Below are positions 33,040 through 44,673 of a stretch of DNA of 64,000 bases, in pieces. The translations under genes and the position numbers were made by a program. Position 1 is the stretch's first letter; every line of letters starts with the position of its first letter. Below the pieces are notes generated by a model that did no database searches, was not told the DNA's origin, and saw only the letters and a list, made by a program, of their open reading frames with translations. The DNA is from Podarcis filfolensis (taxonomy: Eukaryota): the NCBI GenBank assembly GCA_964270895.1, contig OZ185445.1. One strand, written 5' to 3'.

Positions 33040-33647
33040 TGTCAAGGACTGGATGGATGCAGAGGAGGGAACCAGCTGGGGAACCCCCAGGAGAAGAGGA
33101 CTCAGAGCCAGGGGATTGGTGGTGGGACAATAATGAGTGGTCAGAGGGGGGGAAAGAAGCAGACTGGGAGGAGGACGTGTCGGAACCAGAAGAGGATCAG
33201 GGTTGAGTGAGCAGGAAGAGGCTATGGCAGAGAACAGTTCAGACTCCAAGGCTGAAGTGGAGGGTGGAGAGGAGTGGGGCCAAGAGGCAGAGTTGAGACA
33301 GGCTGCTGAAGAATCCAGGGAGTCTTCTCCATCTGCTGCGACCAGCTCCCCTCTCCTCGGTCTCCTAGAACACGCAGGGAAATGAAAACAACGGAACAGA
33401 CTTGGTTAGTTGTGCACAGACACAGTTTTCAACTATTTGGGGAAGAACCTGGAGAGGAAGAGGCTTAGATTATGGTAGGAAGGCAGAGACCTTCAGTCCT
33501 CACAGTTTTCTTATTGGAGCAAGACCTACAGGGAAGAGTTGCTGAGATAACTAGGCCTGCGCTGGTTTGGTTTCTTTGAATAAAGAGTTAAGTTCACTGG
33601 CACCCTGTTTTTTATTGCTGACCTTTGCTTGATGCTGGCTCCTAACA
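33040..33647 (+). mobile_element. Solo LTR (608 bp)
   Basis: TGTCAAGGACTGG start resembles the 14384 element read on minus; CCTAACA end; TSD GCAAA/GCGAA (1 mismatch); AATAAA about 65 nt before the end. Confidence 0.75.
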
Positions 33648-33965
33648 GCGAAGTACCTTCAGGTGGACCCTTTCCTATGTTCATGGGCTCCTACAGGCCT
33701 ACCTGGCGGTGGCAGCAGCAGCAACATTGAGTAGCAACAGCAGCATTCCAAAAAATTCTGGCAGGAAGCAATTGTTTTAATTACCCACAATGCTGTAGCT
33801 GTGCTCCAGAGGATGGTGGGAAATTGAAATGGCAGCCTGTTTTCTTTCTTCAATGAGTTGTTTGAAGAGGATGTCACAGTGACTCTCCCCATTGCAGTTT
33901 GATGAAGGTGCACTCCATTCTACCTAACTTTGGACCAGACCACTGCAAAGCAGGAGAACATGGCT

Positions 33966-34250
33966 GAATTCTGGACTGTACCACTTCAGAATACAGCTGC
34001 AAATGTGAGACTCGTAGTTTTGATCTCTCTTCCATTGTAAAGGACAACCTGGATACAAATCAGGTGGAAGGCTATGCTAATAACTTTGACGGCAATTCTA
34101 ATAAATTTGGCTGTAATTAACTCCCTTTAATTCAACAGGAAGGTACTTCAGACTAGACACAAAATGTGATTTTGTTTTAACACTTGAAGGAGAGTTCAGA
34201 ATTTCTGTGGCTCTCCCTCCTTCTTTCTGAAGTGGTACAGTCCAGAATTC
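33966..34250. repeat. Perfect 26-bp inverted repeat around a 233-bp unique spacer
   Basis: GAATTCTGGACTGTACCACTTCAGAA (33966-33991) is the exact reverse complement of 34225-34250. Confidence 0.95.
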
Positions 34251-35350
34251 TACCTCACCCAATGTCATGTACACATTGGCTCTTATTATTCCAATCTCCT
34301 CATGCAACGGGCACAGATTTTGATCTTCAGATCTCTGTTTGCAAAAGGGATGTCTCATGCTGAAATCCACAGTTCTCTTCTCCAAGGCTGCAGCAGTCAC
34401 CTCATCTGTGTCTGCTACTTACCCTCACTGCCCTCCTGTAGTTTGCCTTTAATGTGTCTTGTGCACATGTAAATGTCAGAATAAAGAAATATATACACAT
34501 CTGGTCAACTAAGTGCTGAGAGCATTTTATCAGGAAGTGCTTTTCCACATCACACTCATTATTTGAATAATACCAGCAATCTAGTTTCAAAGTAGGAAAA
34601 CAGGATAATTATACTGCTAAACGAGCCTCACTGTGTACATTGCTCGTGTTTAGTTGTTCTGGAGAATATCGTGTTCTCTCACACCCCCTGTAACAATTAG
34701 GACAGGTGTAAACATTTTTTTGCTGAGATTCATAAACACTTGTCCTTAAGGAACTTTAAGGAGTAGGCAGCGTTTTCTTACCTTTCTTATTATGAGAACT
34801 ATGCTACACAATCCTTTTAAGGAAATGCATGGAGTTGCAAAATCAGTCCAAATGAGCTCAGACTGTTGTAGATGAAAATGATGCTGCCGCCACCACCTCA
34901 CTTTGTTCTGTTGTTCTGGATGAGGGTTATGCCCATGTCATATATCTAGTGCAATAGGTTAGATCTAGCAGAGGTTATGGAAGGTCCAATGTCCTACCCA
35001 GTTCAGACGCCCAGGATAAAACCAAGCTGCTGTAGGTAGTCCTCAGTCAAACAATATTGTGACAAAGGTTGGCATGCCAACCCCCAATCTTTGCCGAGCA
35101 GTGCACAAGATTCTAGGTGGTTCCAGAATCTGGTTCTGAATAGGCAAAGTCTGGGGGGGGGGGAATAAGTCTGCAAGAGACAGAAACAAAGATATGGGTG
35201 AGAGGAAGAATATTAAGAGTAAATGTCTTTTTTTTAATTGGCAAAATCTCTCCTGCAGTTTTCACCCATCCCTCTTTGAATTAGCTATGTATAACTCTAT
35301 GCCAGATGGATAAATGTTTCCTATAGTTACCTATAGGTATCCACATCCCT

Positions 35351-35352
<2 letters not shown>

Positions 35353-35395
<43 letters not shown>
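35353..35395. repeat. (GT)n microsatellite
   Basis: Direct inspection. Confidence 0.95.
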
Positions 35396-35399
<4 letters not shown>

Positions 35400-36484
35400 A
35401 CACATTGCTACTTTCAGTAGTATTCCTGCACTTGTATTGCCTATCATGTTTCATTCCACTTTATAGCAGACTCTTTGGTACAGCTGAGCATTTAACTCTC
35501 CCTTCTCATTCACATCTGCTAGTCATGTGTGAGAAAAGGACTGTTGGACAAAGCCTTGGGGACGGTCGGTAACTGACACTTGAGTGGCTCTCCTCCATCT
35601 ACAAATGACCTAGACAAGCACAGCAGAGCAGCTATTAGCAAATCGACTCTCCAGTGTACAGCTGATAGTCTGTTCTTTTTGCAAGATTGCCTTAAGCTGG
35701 GACTCACAGTGGGCTTTCCAGTTAGGCAGAAGGTATGTTAGGACATACAAACGTACAGGTCACTCAACATCAATGACAGAGGTAAGTATGGGCAAGGTGA
35801 AAACCACGGGAATCATACGGAGAAATAGAAAGGAGCAACGGGACTTGAGAATACCATGCCCAAATAGTAGCAGGAATACTTGCATTAGAAAAACATTGTG
35901 TGTTGATGCAATTTATCTTCTACAAAATCAGCCAAGTGGCCTCTCTAAAGCAGCCTCCTTATTTTGGCAGGCAGACGTTCCCTAAAGATGAGGATGGAGG
36001 ATTTTGCAAAAACTGGGGGGCAGTTCTTCCATAAAAACATTGTTTAAATGTTATATGTTAATTTGGATTTTTGAATTTGTATTTCTTGGCTGGGGGACTA
36101 TTTAGGGGCTTTTGCTTTTTATTAGTTTGCATATATTAGTATAGTTCTTTGTTTTAATTATTTTAATTATGCATGCTGTGCTTTTATGTTGTAACTTTGT
36201 GTTGTGAACCACCCTGATCCCTACAGGTATAAGATGGTATACAAATGTAAATAAAATAAAAATAAAATAAATGCATCTCTTTGGCCACTATGTGCATTTC
36301 TTAGGTCTTTGTGAAAACAGAGTTCTGGACCACATGGGTCAATGGCCTGATCCAACATACTTCTTATGTTCTTAATAGGACTGATGCATTTAAAGAGCTG
36401 CCTGGATGGGTAAGATGGGGCTGATGAACCCTTATATCTCCTAAAGCACTACACTCAAACAGTTTCTCCTGGTGGGGGTTACTT

Positions 36485-36666
36485 AGAATAATATAATTGT
36501 ATAATTGGAAAGGACCCCAAGGATCAAATAGTCCAGCCCCAGCAATGCAGGAATCACAGCTAGAATCCCTGGCAGTTGACCATCCAACCTAAGTTTTAAA
36601 ACCTCCAGTGAAGGAGAGTCCACCAGCTTCTGAGGTGGTCTGTTCTTCTGTCAAACAGCTGTTACC
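36485..36666 (-). mobile_element. CR1 LINE 3' fragment
   Basis: Aligns by eye with the 3' end of the CR1 at 50933 (gcaatgcaggaatc..cagcta, ggagagtccacca). Confidence 0.75.
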
Positions 36667-37379
36667 TCTAAAGTCCCACTGGGAGAAAAGCAGCTGAGAG
36701 GAAGCTGTTCAAGCGCAGGCAGTGGAGAACTTTGTGTCTCCCCTCCCCACTTTATAATAAAGCATCTGACCTATGTGGTAACACATGAGTTGTGCAACAT
36801 CTAATATGGCCGTAAACGTCTTGCCTAGATGCTTGAAACCAAGTGCATTTCTTGAATTTTGTCAGCAGTACAAAGAGGCTCCAAACAGAATGCACAGACT
36901 TTGCACCAATGAGATTGGCAGATAATTATTCAAGGAACTTCACTCAGTGCTTTTGAAGGGCCAGGGACTCCTAGTACCTTTGCATACTGTTTTAAAACAC
37001 GAACATGCACGGAGTTGTGACTTATTTGTTGGGCTGGATCCAGAAATCCTCCCCCAGAGCAGTTTTCTGTTCCCATTTACAATTCAGAACATTCAAAGCA
37101 CAGCTGTGTTTTGGAAAATTGTTCTTTCCCCCACACAGCACAGCAGTTACTGCTGTAATTGCCATGTTAAATATGTTTAGGAATACAATAGTCACCAATA
37201 CTTGTGGCTGTTCTTTTTGAAATGCATAGAGGTCAGGTGCTTCCCATGTTCATCTAAGCCTGTTTGAAAATGGCAAAATGCCATTCCACTAGCAATGCCC
37301 TGCCATGTTGTGAACTTATTTTCAGGTGGGCGGCGAGTGGAGGGGGGAGAGAGGCAAATGAAATTCTGAAGCAGCAATA

Positions 37380-37600
37380 CAGTGGTACCTCGGGTTACAT
37401 ACGCTTCAGGTTACAGACTCCACTAACCCAGAAATAGTGCTTCAGGTTAAGAAATTTGCTTCAGGATGAGAACAGAAATCGTGCTTCAGCGGCACGGCAG
37501 CAGCAGGAGGCCCCATTAGCTAAAGTGGTGCTTCAGGTTAAGAACAGTTTCAGGTTAAGAACGGACCTCTGGATTAAGTACTTAACCCGAGGTACCACTG
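37380..37600. mobile_element. MITE family A, copy 4 (opposite orientation)
   Basis: TA TSD, CAGTGGTACCTCGGGTTA TIRs. Confidence 0.93.
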
Positions 37601-37713
37601 TATGTTAAATATTTCCAAATAGGAACACCTCTTATTTGCACACATTAGTGTTCCACTCCTAAGCAATGCTCAAAACTGGGATACATATTTCATACTCATC
37701 CTGCCAAAAGATC

Positions 37714-38030
37714 AAAGAACCTTGTGTCACCTTAAAAACTAACAAGTTTGTTATGGCAAACATTTTCATGGATTACAATCTGCTTCGTCGGAACATCAGG
37801 ATGTCTGTGTTCTCAGGAACTGTTTTGTGAACTACAGCTGTTAAGTTAGTAACTATCACTGTAACATCTACACTCTGAACATTTATATACACACCTGCAA
37901 GTCAGGACAACACTTCATGCATTTGACGAAGTGGACTGTAGTCCAGGAAAGCTTATGCCACAATAAAGTTGATAGTCTTTTACAACAAAAAATGACAAAG
38001 AGTCTGGTAGCACCTTAAAGACTAACATGG
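37714..38030. mobile_element. Penelope-like terminal-repeat fragments in mixed orientation
   Basis: caccttaaa(a/g)actaac twice on +; gaagtggactgtagtcca..aaagcttatgccacaataaa in the opposite sense; family call from recalled motif. Confidence 0.55.
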
Positions 38031-38559
38031 CTACTGTTATGTATTCAGTGGTCTGTGTTTGCCTGAGTTTGAGTCTGGACTAAGGAGTCTGAGCTCCTGT
38101 GTTCTGATTCGATAAATGATGTCCAATCACAGAACATTTCAGGACTGGGCCTCTGCCATTGGCCCTTGAACTCTGTGTTGTGATTCTCAGTTTTGAAGTT
38201 CAGACAGCCAATCAACTTGGGAGTGGGAGTGGCCCAGGCTCTCAGGAATGTATATAAGCAGTTCTTTGCCCCTGTTTCCCAGTTATGTAGTTCAATAAAG
38301 GTTCTTGCTGTTATCACTGCATCTTGCCTCATGGGAACCCACCTACACTTCAGCAGCTACCCGTCTGGAAATTCTCAAAGCATGCATTTTTACAATTGCA
38401 GTCAATTGAAAATTTGCTTTTCTAGGTGCTGCTAAAATACATGAATTTTACAAATAACAAAGAAGTACCTCTCTCTCTGTCTCTCTCTCTCTCTCTGGCT
38501 ACTGATTTTATGCTGAATGCTCACGTAGTTAGGAATATTTTCCCTGGCATTTAACCTAC

Positions 38560-38840
38560 ATCTACTTTTCTGCAGACTCAGCTCCTTGCTCCTTACTGCC
38601 CTTCCGCTTTATCTGATGTCCTTTTAAATATTTGAAAACTGTCAATATGCCCCCTTCACCTTCTTTTCTCTGTAGCAAATATAAACCCTGTTCCTGCAGC
38701 TTTGCCTTGCGTAACTTGTCTTCTAAACTTTTTATTATTCTCACATAGTTCCTCCTGAATGCTTTCCAATTTGTCAACATCTTTTCTCCTAGCTGATTTA
38801 TATTTCATGAAACGCAAAATGCTGTGGCAAAGGTCCAGAT
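38560..38840 (-). mobile_element. Degenerate CR1 ORF2 C-terminal fragment
   Basis: Minus ORF LTVFKYLKG and DVDKLESIQ resemble the CR1 ORF2 end seen at 50972-51450. Confidence 0.7.
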
Positions 38841-39768
38841 TCAGGTACCCTTGCCTACCATCTCCATTTTGAAGCAGCAGTAACTGTAAGTGCTTTATTT
38901 TGTGTGGGGTGCAAACTAGAATAGGTGATTTCATTGCTTCAATTAATGGCAGGATTTTTTGTCATTGCTGTTCGCTTTTTTCCCCTCCTGGAGAGGAAGA
39001 TGTTTCAAAACAAAGGATCGTGCATCACTTTTCAAGTGTGTTCATGCCATACATTTAAAGCAAACCTCAGTAACAAATCCTGGAAACTGTAGTTTGTTAA
39101 AGGCACTGAGAATTGTAGCTCTGTGAGGGGTACATGACTGCTCCCAGAAATCTTTGGGGAGGGAGAAATGTGCTTTAAATGCCCTTAATATGGAAAATGA
39201 GAATAAACACATATGCTAGGAAATTAGTGGAGTTTGCATTCTGTGGCAATTACAGTTGCCTTTATATAAACAATTCCAATTTCTTCAGTAATATGTGGAT
39301 TATGTGGCTTCTGGAAGCCTGTGATGGATGATAAACGATGGATGATTTCAGGGAATTACCATATTGTGTGCTCAGTTTAGTTAATAGCATTCCAACAGGT
39401 TCACGTCCAATCCCTGGGCAAATACAGGATTTCATAAGCCCAAAGTATGCCCTTCAGGCACCCAATCAGCCTTTTTGAACAATAATGTGGCAAACAAACA
39501 ATATAAGTAGACAGATACCAGAGCAGCAGATGTGTAAGTCACGACAGAAATGTATTCACTGAGCCATTAGCTAGTACTGAGCCTATTACAGATAAGTGAT
39601 TCCAGATGTTATTATTTAGTATCCTTGAGAAATAAAATATACCTAAAAATTTGATTGAGGGTGGGGGCACATATTTTCATTTCCAGTTTATTTGATTTAC
39701 CTCCTGCTCACTACTCTAAGCTTCTAGCTCACATTGCTTCTAATTATTGACTCAAAACTGTGACTTGA

Positions 39769-40210
39769 TCATCATCATCGTCATCATCATCAACAACAAG
39801 AACAACAACTTTATACCCCGCCCATCTGGCTGGGTCTCCCCACCCACTCTGGGCAGCTCCCAACAGAATATTAATAAAAAAGTGACCACATCAAACATTA
39901 AAAATTTCCCTAAACAGGGCTGCCTTCAGATGTCTTCTAAAAGACAGTTGTTTATTTCCTTGACATCTGATGGGAAGGTGTTCCACAGGGCAGGTGCCAC
40001 TACCAAGAAGGCCCTCTGCCTGTTTCCCTGTAACCTCACTTCTTGCAGCGAGGGAACCGCCAGAAGGCCCTTGGAGCTGGACCTCAGTGTCCGGGCTGGA
40101 CGTTGGGGGTGGAGACGCTCCTTCAGGTATTCTGGGCTGAGGCCGTTTAAGGGCTTTAAAGGTCAGCAACAACACTTTGAATTGTGCTTGGAAACGTACT
40201 GGGAGCCAGT
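39769..40210 (-). mobile_element. L2-like LINE 3' end with microsatellite tail
   Basis: Reverse complement of the element at 55022-55700; ORF remnant FRRHLKAALF. Confidence 0.85.
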
Positions 40211-40478
40211 ATACTGGGAGTTGAGTGAAGGGGGCTCCCTACCCATTTGTTATCTTGCACAGAGTTCTTTGATCCTTTGTTCTCTTAATGGCCCATCAGG
40301 AGACTAGCCTGGCTACTTACCGGAATTAGAAGTCTTTTCTTAGATTTTAACGCTTGCTAGATCCAAGGATTAGAAGCATCTGGTGCACAGTTTAGCACCC
40401 CAAGGTTTAATTAATTAAATTCTAACCCTTACTGGTTCCAGAAATTTTAGAGAGGTCTAGCGCCCCTGAATTAATAAC

Positions 40479-40538
40479 GTGTGTGTGTGTGTGTGAGAGT
40501 GAGAGAGAGAGAGACAGAGACAGAGACACACAGAGAGA
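40479..40538. repeat. Compound (GT)n/(AG)n microsatellite
   Basis: Direct inspection. Confidence 0.9.
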
Positions 40539-41603
40539 GATTTTATTTTCTTAATATTATAGCACTTCTCTAGAATGATTTTACATCTAAAAAAGAGTTT
40601 TCCAATTGCTTACATTTTTAGGCACACCTCAAAATAAAACCACAATAAAAGTTAGCATAAAAAATTAAAAACTTAGAGCAGCATAAAAAATTATCAACCC
40701 CTAGAATTGAAAGAGATGCACAGTTCAGTCCTAACCATCTCTATTCAGAAATAAGTCCTACTGAATTCACTGGGTCTCTCACTGCTGAGTGGGGTCAGGA
40801 TTGGATTCTTAGGGATTAATCATCACTCAGATCAGTAGATAACTAATAACAATTCCCACCACCTAAAAAGGGTTCACCAAAATGAGTTAAAGTGAGAGGA
40901 ATCCAATGTATTTTTCCTTGCTGAATGCAACTGAAATGTTACTGTTTGTGATGGAGAATATATGTGAGCTCAGTGCTGGCCCATATCATTGCCATTTATT
41001 CAAGACGTGGCTTAGTAACATTGCACAATAGCCTTCTGCTGACACCTTTTCAATTTATTTCCTCTCACTCTTCAGTGTTAGTTTCCTTTGACCTGGTATT
41101 TTCCAATCTGGGTAATCTTGCTGCATCAGCTTGACGTTTTGCAGTGGGAGCCGAGGCCAAAAGCATAACTAAAAAGGCTTCCTGCTGGGGCATTAAGAAT
41201 TTGATCGGCTCTCATGCAGGAAATTATATGCTACCACATCTGTTACATTCCAGGTGTTGCAAATTTAAACTTTAACAAATGAGAGCTTTAAAAAGAACCA
41301 AACAAAAACTTGGGCAATTTCCTCCTCTGTAAAAATCCCACAATGTGAGTGAGTGTTCTAAAGCCTAGGAATGATATTTGTAATTATTTTCCGCCTACGT
41401 CGCTTCAGAATTCAAGTTACTGTTATATCTTGTTATAATCAATGCCTGCTCTCCCGCATAAACCAGCAACCCACCAATTAAATGATCTATTGACCAATGG
41501 TGCTATTGATAGAAAGCAGATTCTAGTCGTGACTGTTTCTATGATGGAAATCTTTTTTAAACTATTTCTATAGAACTTTTAAGGTGCAAGGTAGCTTGCA
41601 TCT

Positions 41604-42110
41604 TAAGAACATAAGAAGAGCATGCTGGATCAGGCCAGAGGCCCACCTAGTCCAGCATCCTGTTCTCACAGTGGCTGACCAGATACCTATGCGAAGTGCA
41701 AAAGCAGGACCTGAGCTCAACAGCTCCTGTGGTTTCCAACAACTGGTATTCAGATAGCTCAGTTGGTAGAGCATGAGGTTCTTAATCTCAAGGTCATGTG
41801 TTTGAGACTCACATAGGGCAAAGGATTCCTGCATTGCAGGGGGTTGGACTAGATAACCCTTATGATCCCTTCCAACTCCTTCGTTCTAAGATTCTGGCAG
41901 TTGAGTAAAACATAGCCTTCATGACTAGATAGCCTTATTCCCCATGAATTTGTCTAATCCTCATCCAAGTTGGTCTCTGTCACTACCTTTTGTGAGAGCG
42001 AATCCCATATTTTAACTTGGTGCTGTGTGAATAAGTACTTTCTTTTGTCTTCCCTGAATTTTCCAACATTCAGTTTCATTACATGCCCTTTTCTGACGTT
42101 TTCCTAACCT
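41604..42110 (-). mobile_element. CR1-type LINE 3' fragment (taagaacataag tail) interrupted by a SINE
   Basis: ggatcaggccag..catctagtccagcatcctgttctcacagtgg, continuing after the SINE as catgaatttgtctaatcctc. Confidence 0.75.
41753..41895 (+). mobile_element. SINE with tRNA-Lys(CUU)-like head and CR1-derived tail
   Basis: atagctcagttggtagagcatgaggttcttaatctcaaggtc...gggc followed by aaaggattcctgcattgcagggggttggactag...ttctaagattct. Confidence 0.85.
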
Positions 42111-43029
42111 TTCTCTTGTATTTCCTGAAGAACAACCCAATAAAGTCCATAACTGTAGATGGTGGAATTGAATCTAGGTTTTCCACATCAAAACCCAATA
42201 GTCTTTTTGTCAAACATCTTCAGAAGGTACAATATATTTGATATATTTTATCTATATTATGTACTTTTAAAAATTATGTATGGCGTTTCTGTAGCTAGAA
42301 TCTAATGCATGCTTACCTGGCGGGAGTAAGCCCCACTGAACATAGTAAGACGTTCTTCCGAATAAGCATGCATAGGATTGCATTGTGTGTCTGCAATTTT
42401 GTCTGTTTCTCTAGCATTTGTGTTTTTGTATTTTATTTGTGCTGTGCATAGAAAGTTGTATGTGTTTTCACCATTTGTGGACACATGTTTGCTTTTTATG
42501 GAATTTGAGAAAGACAACAAATCACTGATACTGGAATTGGTGTTAAATATGTGATTGAAGCAAAGCCATAGGTTATGATTTTGAGTGCTTTTTATTCTAG
42601 GAGATCTAAATTTGTAGCTGGCACAGGAACAGTCCCAGCAGTGGTTATTCTCTTTTCCAACAGTGAAGTACAACCAGTCCTAAATCAGAAGCTACTCATA
42701 TTGCATGTTATGGTTGTGTTTTTTTTTGCCAACTCTGAAAAATGCCTGTCTGTTGCTGTAAAGATCTGTTGTTCTTTTGTTAGTGATGGGAGACAGTACT
42801 GAGTGAGCACGTAGAGCTATCCTTTAGAGTACTCCATCTTTTTAATTAGATTTCAGAAAGACTTAGGTTCCTCTGGCTGGACATTGAGTTGAAAGTGGCT
42901 GCAACCAGGCTAAGAATATTTCAGAACAGCTGGGAAATGGTCCCTCCAGGGTTTGGGTTAGGACAGGTGCTTTATAATTTGGACATAAATGATTTAGAGT
43001 TTAGGGGTGAGCCGTGAGATGGCCAAGCT

Positions 43030-43615
43030 TGCTAAAGACACTGAATTATTCAGGGTACTAAAAACAAAAAGGAATCGCAAGAAGCTTCAAAAGGCTACCT
43101 CCAAGCCAAGTGAATGGGCATCAAATTGGCAAATGCTGTTCACGTTCATGTAAGATGCTACACATTGGGGCAATAAAGCCTAACTCTATATTAGCACTGA
43201 TAGGTCATGAACAGACAGTGACTGACCAGGAAAACAACAACAACAACAATGGGCATAGCCAGGATTTTTTTGGGAGGGGGCAGGCCTTTTGTTAGGGGAG
43301 CAGAACTTCAGTTAGCTATGTATTTTTATTTTTTTATTTAGGGGGGCAGCTGGCCCTCCCTGCCCCCCCGGCTACACCCATGATAATAATTATAGCAGCA
43401 GCAGCAGTAGTACCCCACCCATCTGACTGGGTTGCCCCAGCCACTCTGGGTGGCTTACAACAAAATATAAAAACACAGTGAGAAATCAGGGATCTTGGCA
43501 TCACATGTCAATGAAAATGTCACCTTGGTAGCTTTGAAAAAGGTGAATTCTGTGTTAGGGAGTATTAGTAAAGTGATCTAACATAAAACTGCCAATATCA
43601 TAGTCTCTTTATGCT
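43030..43615 (+). mobile_element. CR1 reverse-transcriptase fragment interrupted by an L2 tail and a hAT MITE
   Basis: Degenerate translation resembles DTKLFR..K.KR....LQK.....EWASNWQM..CKMLHIGA..DQE/RDLG. Confidence 0.7.
43248..43382. mobile_element. hAT-like MITE
   Basis: ATGGGCATAGCCAGG ... CGGCTACACCCATG termini; TSD not recognisable inside a microsatellite. Confidence 0.65.
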
Positions 43616-43719
43616 GGGATGGAAAATCTGCAGTCCATGGCTGGCCCAACAAGCCATTTTTAATGACCTGACAAATTTTACTGATCAATCACCACTGTGA
43701 GCTGGTCAGAGTGGAAAGG

Positions 43720-44044
43720 CAGTGGCATAGCTAGCCGCTCAGGTGCCTCTCCACTGCCTCCCCCTCAGCTGTAGGGCAGCTGAGGGAGAGGCAGTGGGCA
43801 GACGCAAGCCCCATGCTGCCATTTCAGGAGAGATGTGTGGCTCGGGCATGCTGCAGGCCCCACGGTAAGTGTCGGCCCCAGCAGTGTGGCGCCCAGTGCC
43901 AGCCATGTTTCATTACGTTTCTTGACTGAACTAAAAGTTTCGTGAGCCATTTTTTTTTTAAAAAAAGCTCATATTTTTGTCATCCCCTCAGTGATGACAC
44001 CCGTGGTGGCCTGCACCCACCGCACCCTCCTTCCTCCGCCACTG
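43720..44044. mobile_element. GC-rich hAT MITE
   Basis: CAGTGGC ... GCCACTG TIRs, perfect 8-bp TSD TGGAAAGG. Confidence 0.92.
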
Positions 44045-44623
44045 TGGAAAGGAGAGCTCCGTTCTGTTGCAACGCTCCCCAAGCGCTGGAGCAAATCAGC
44101 ACTTTCCTTCTTGTTTATGGAACACTCTGCCCAGCATTAAATGGCGAAGGCTTACTTAGCACCACTACTGAAGCCATCGCCATAACTGTCACGCTTACAT
44201 TGGCACAGACTGTTGCAGAAATGGTCCAAAACTGGTTAGTGCTTCCTTTACCGAAGCAACAGGTATGACTGGGAAGCACAGTGAGTGTGGCCTGCATGAG
44301 TAAAGACTGTATGTTCTGTGTAGGTGGTCTACATGTGTGGGGTTTGTGTGTGCTGCGGGGTGGTGAGGTAGTGAATGTGTGACCTGTGCATGTGTGTGGG
44401 GGTGTTCATATGTAGTGAATGTCTGTGCTGTTGTATTTTGGTGCAACCTTTAAGCTAGAAAACATTAGGCACTATTGCTTTATAGATCTATGTTGCGACC
44501 ACACCTGGAATGTACACTACATTTCTGCTGCCCAATCTCAAAAAGGAGCTGGAGGAAGGGCAGAAAAGTGCAACCAAAAATATGTGTTTCTGTGTTGAGC
44601 CTCTGTGATGTTGTCCATGGAGC

Positions 44624-44673
44624 TGGTCAATTCTAAAATGCTTCTTAATGGTCAATTCTAAAATGCTTCTTAA
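44624..44673. repeat. Perfect 25-bp tandem duplication
   Basis: TGGTCAATTCTAAAATGCTTCTTAA x2. Confidence 0.95.

Noticed and set aside
33137-33385. Acidic Glu-rich ORFs (also 14545-14769 minus)
   Set aside because: Both lie within purine-rich halves of solo-LTR-like elements and show no recognisable domain; likely a composition effect.
39747-40307. 186-aa ORF, one of the longest outside YTHDC2
   Set aside because: Antisense frame of an L2 3' end plus microsatellite.
42309-42326. ATGCTTACCTGGCGGGAG resembling the U1 snRNA 5' end
   Set aside because: Similarity stops after about 16 nt. The segment is one arm of a short palindromic repeat (to about 42380) and no U1 body or Sm site follows.
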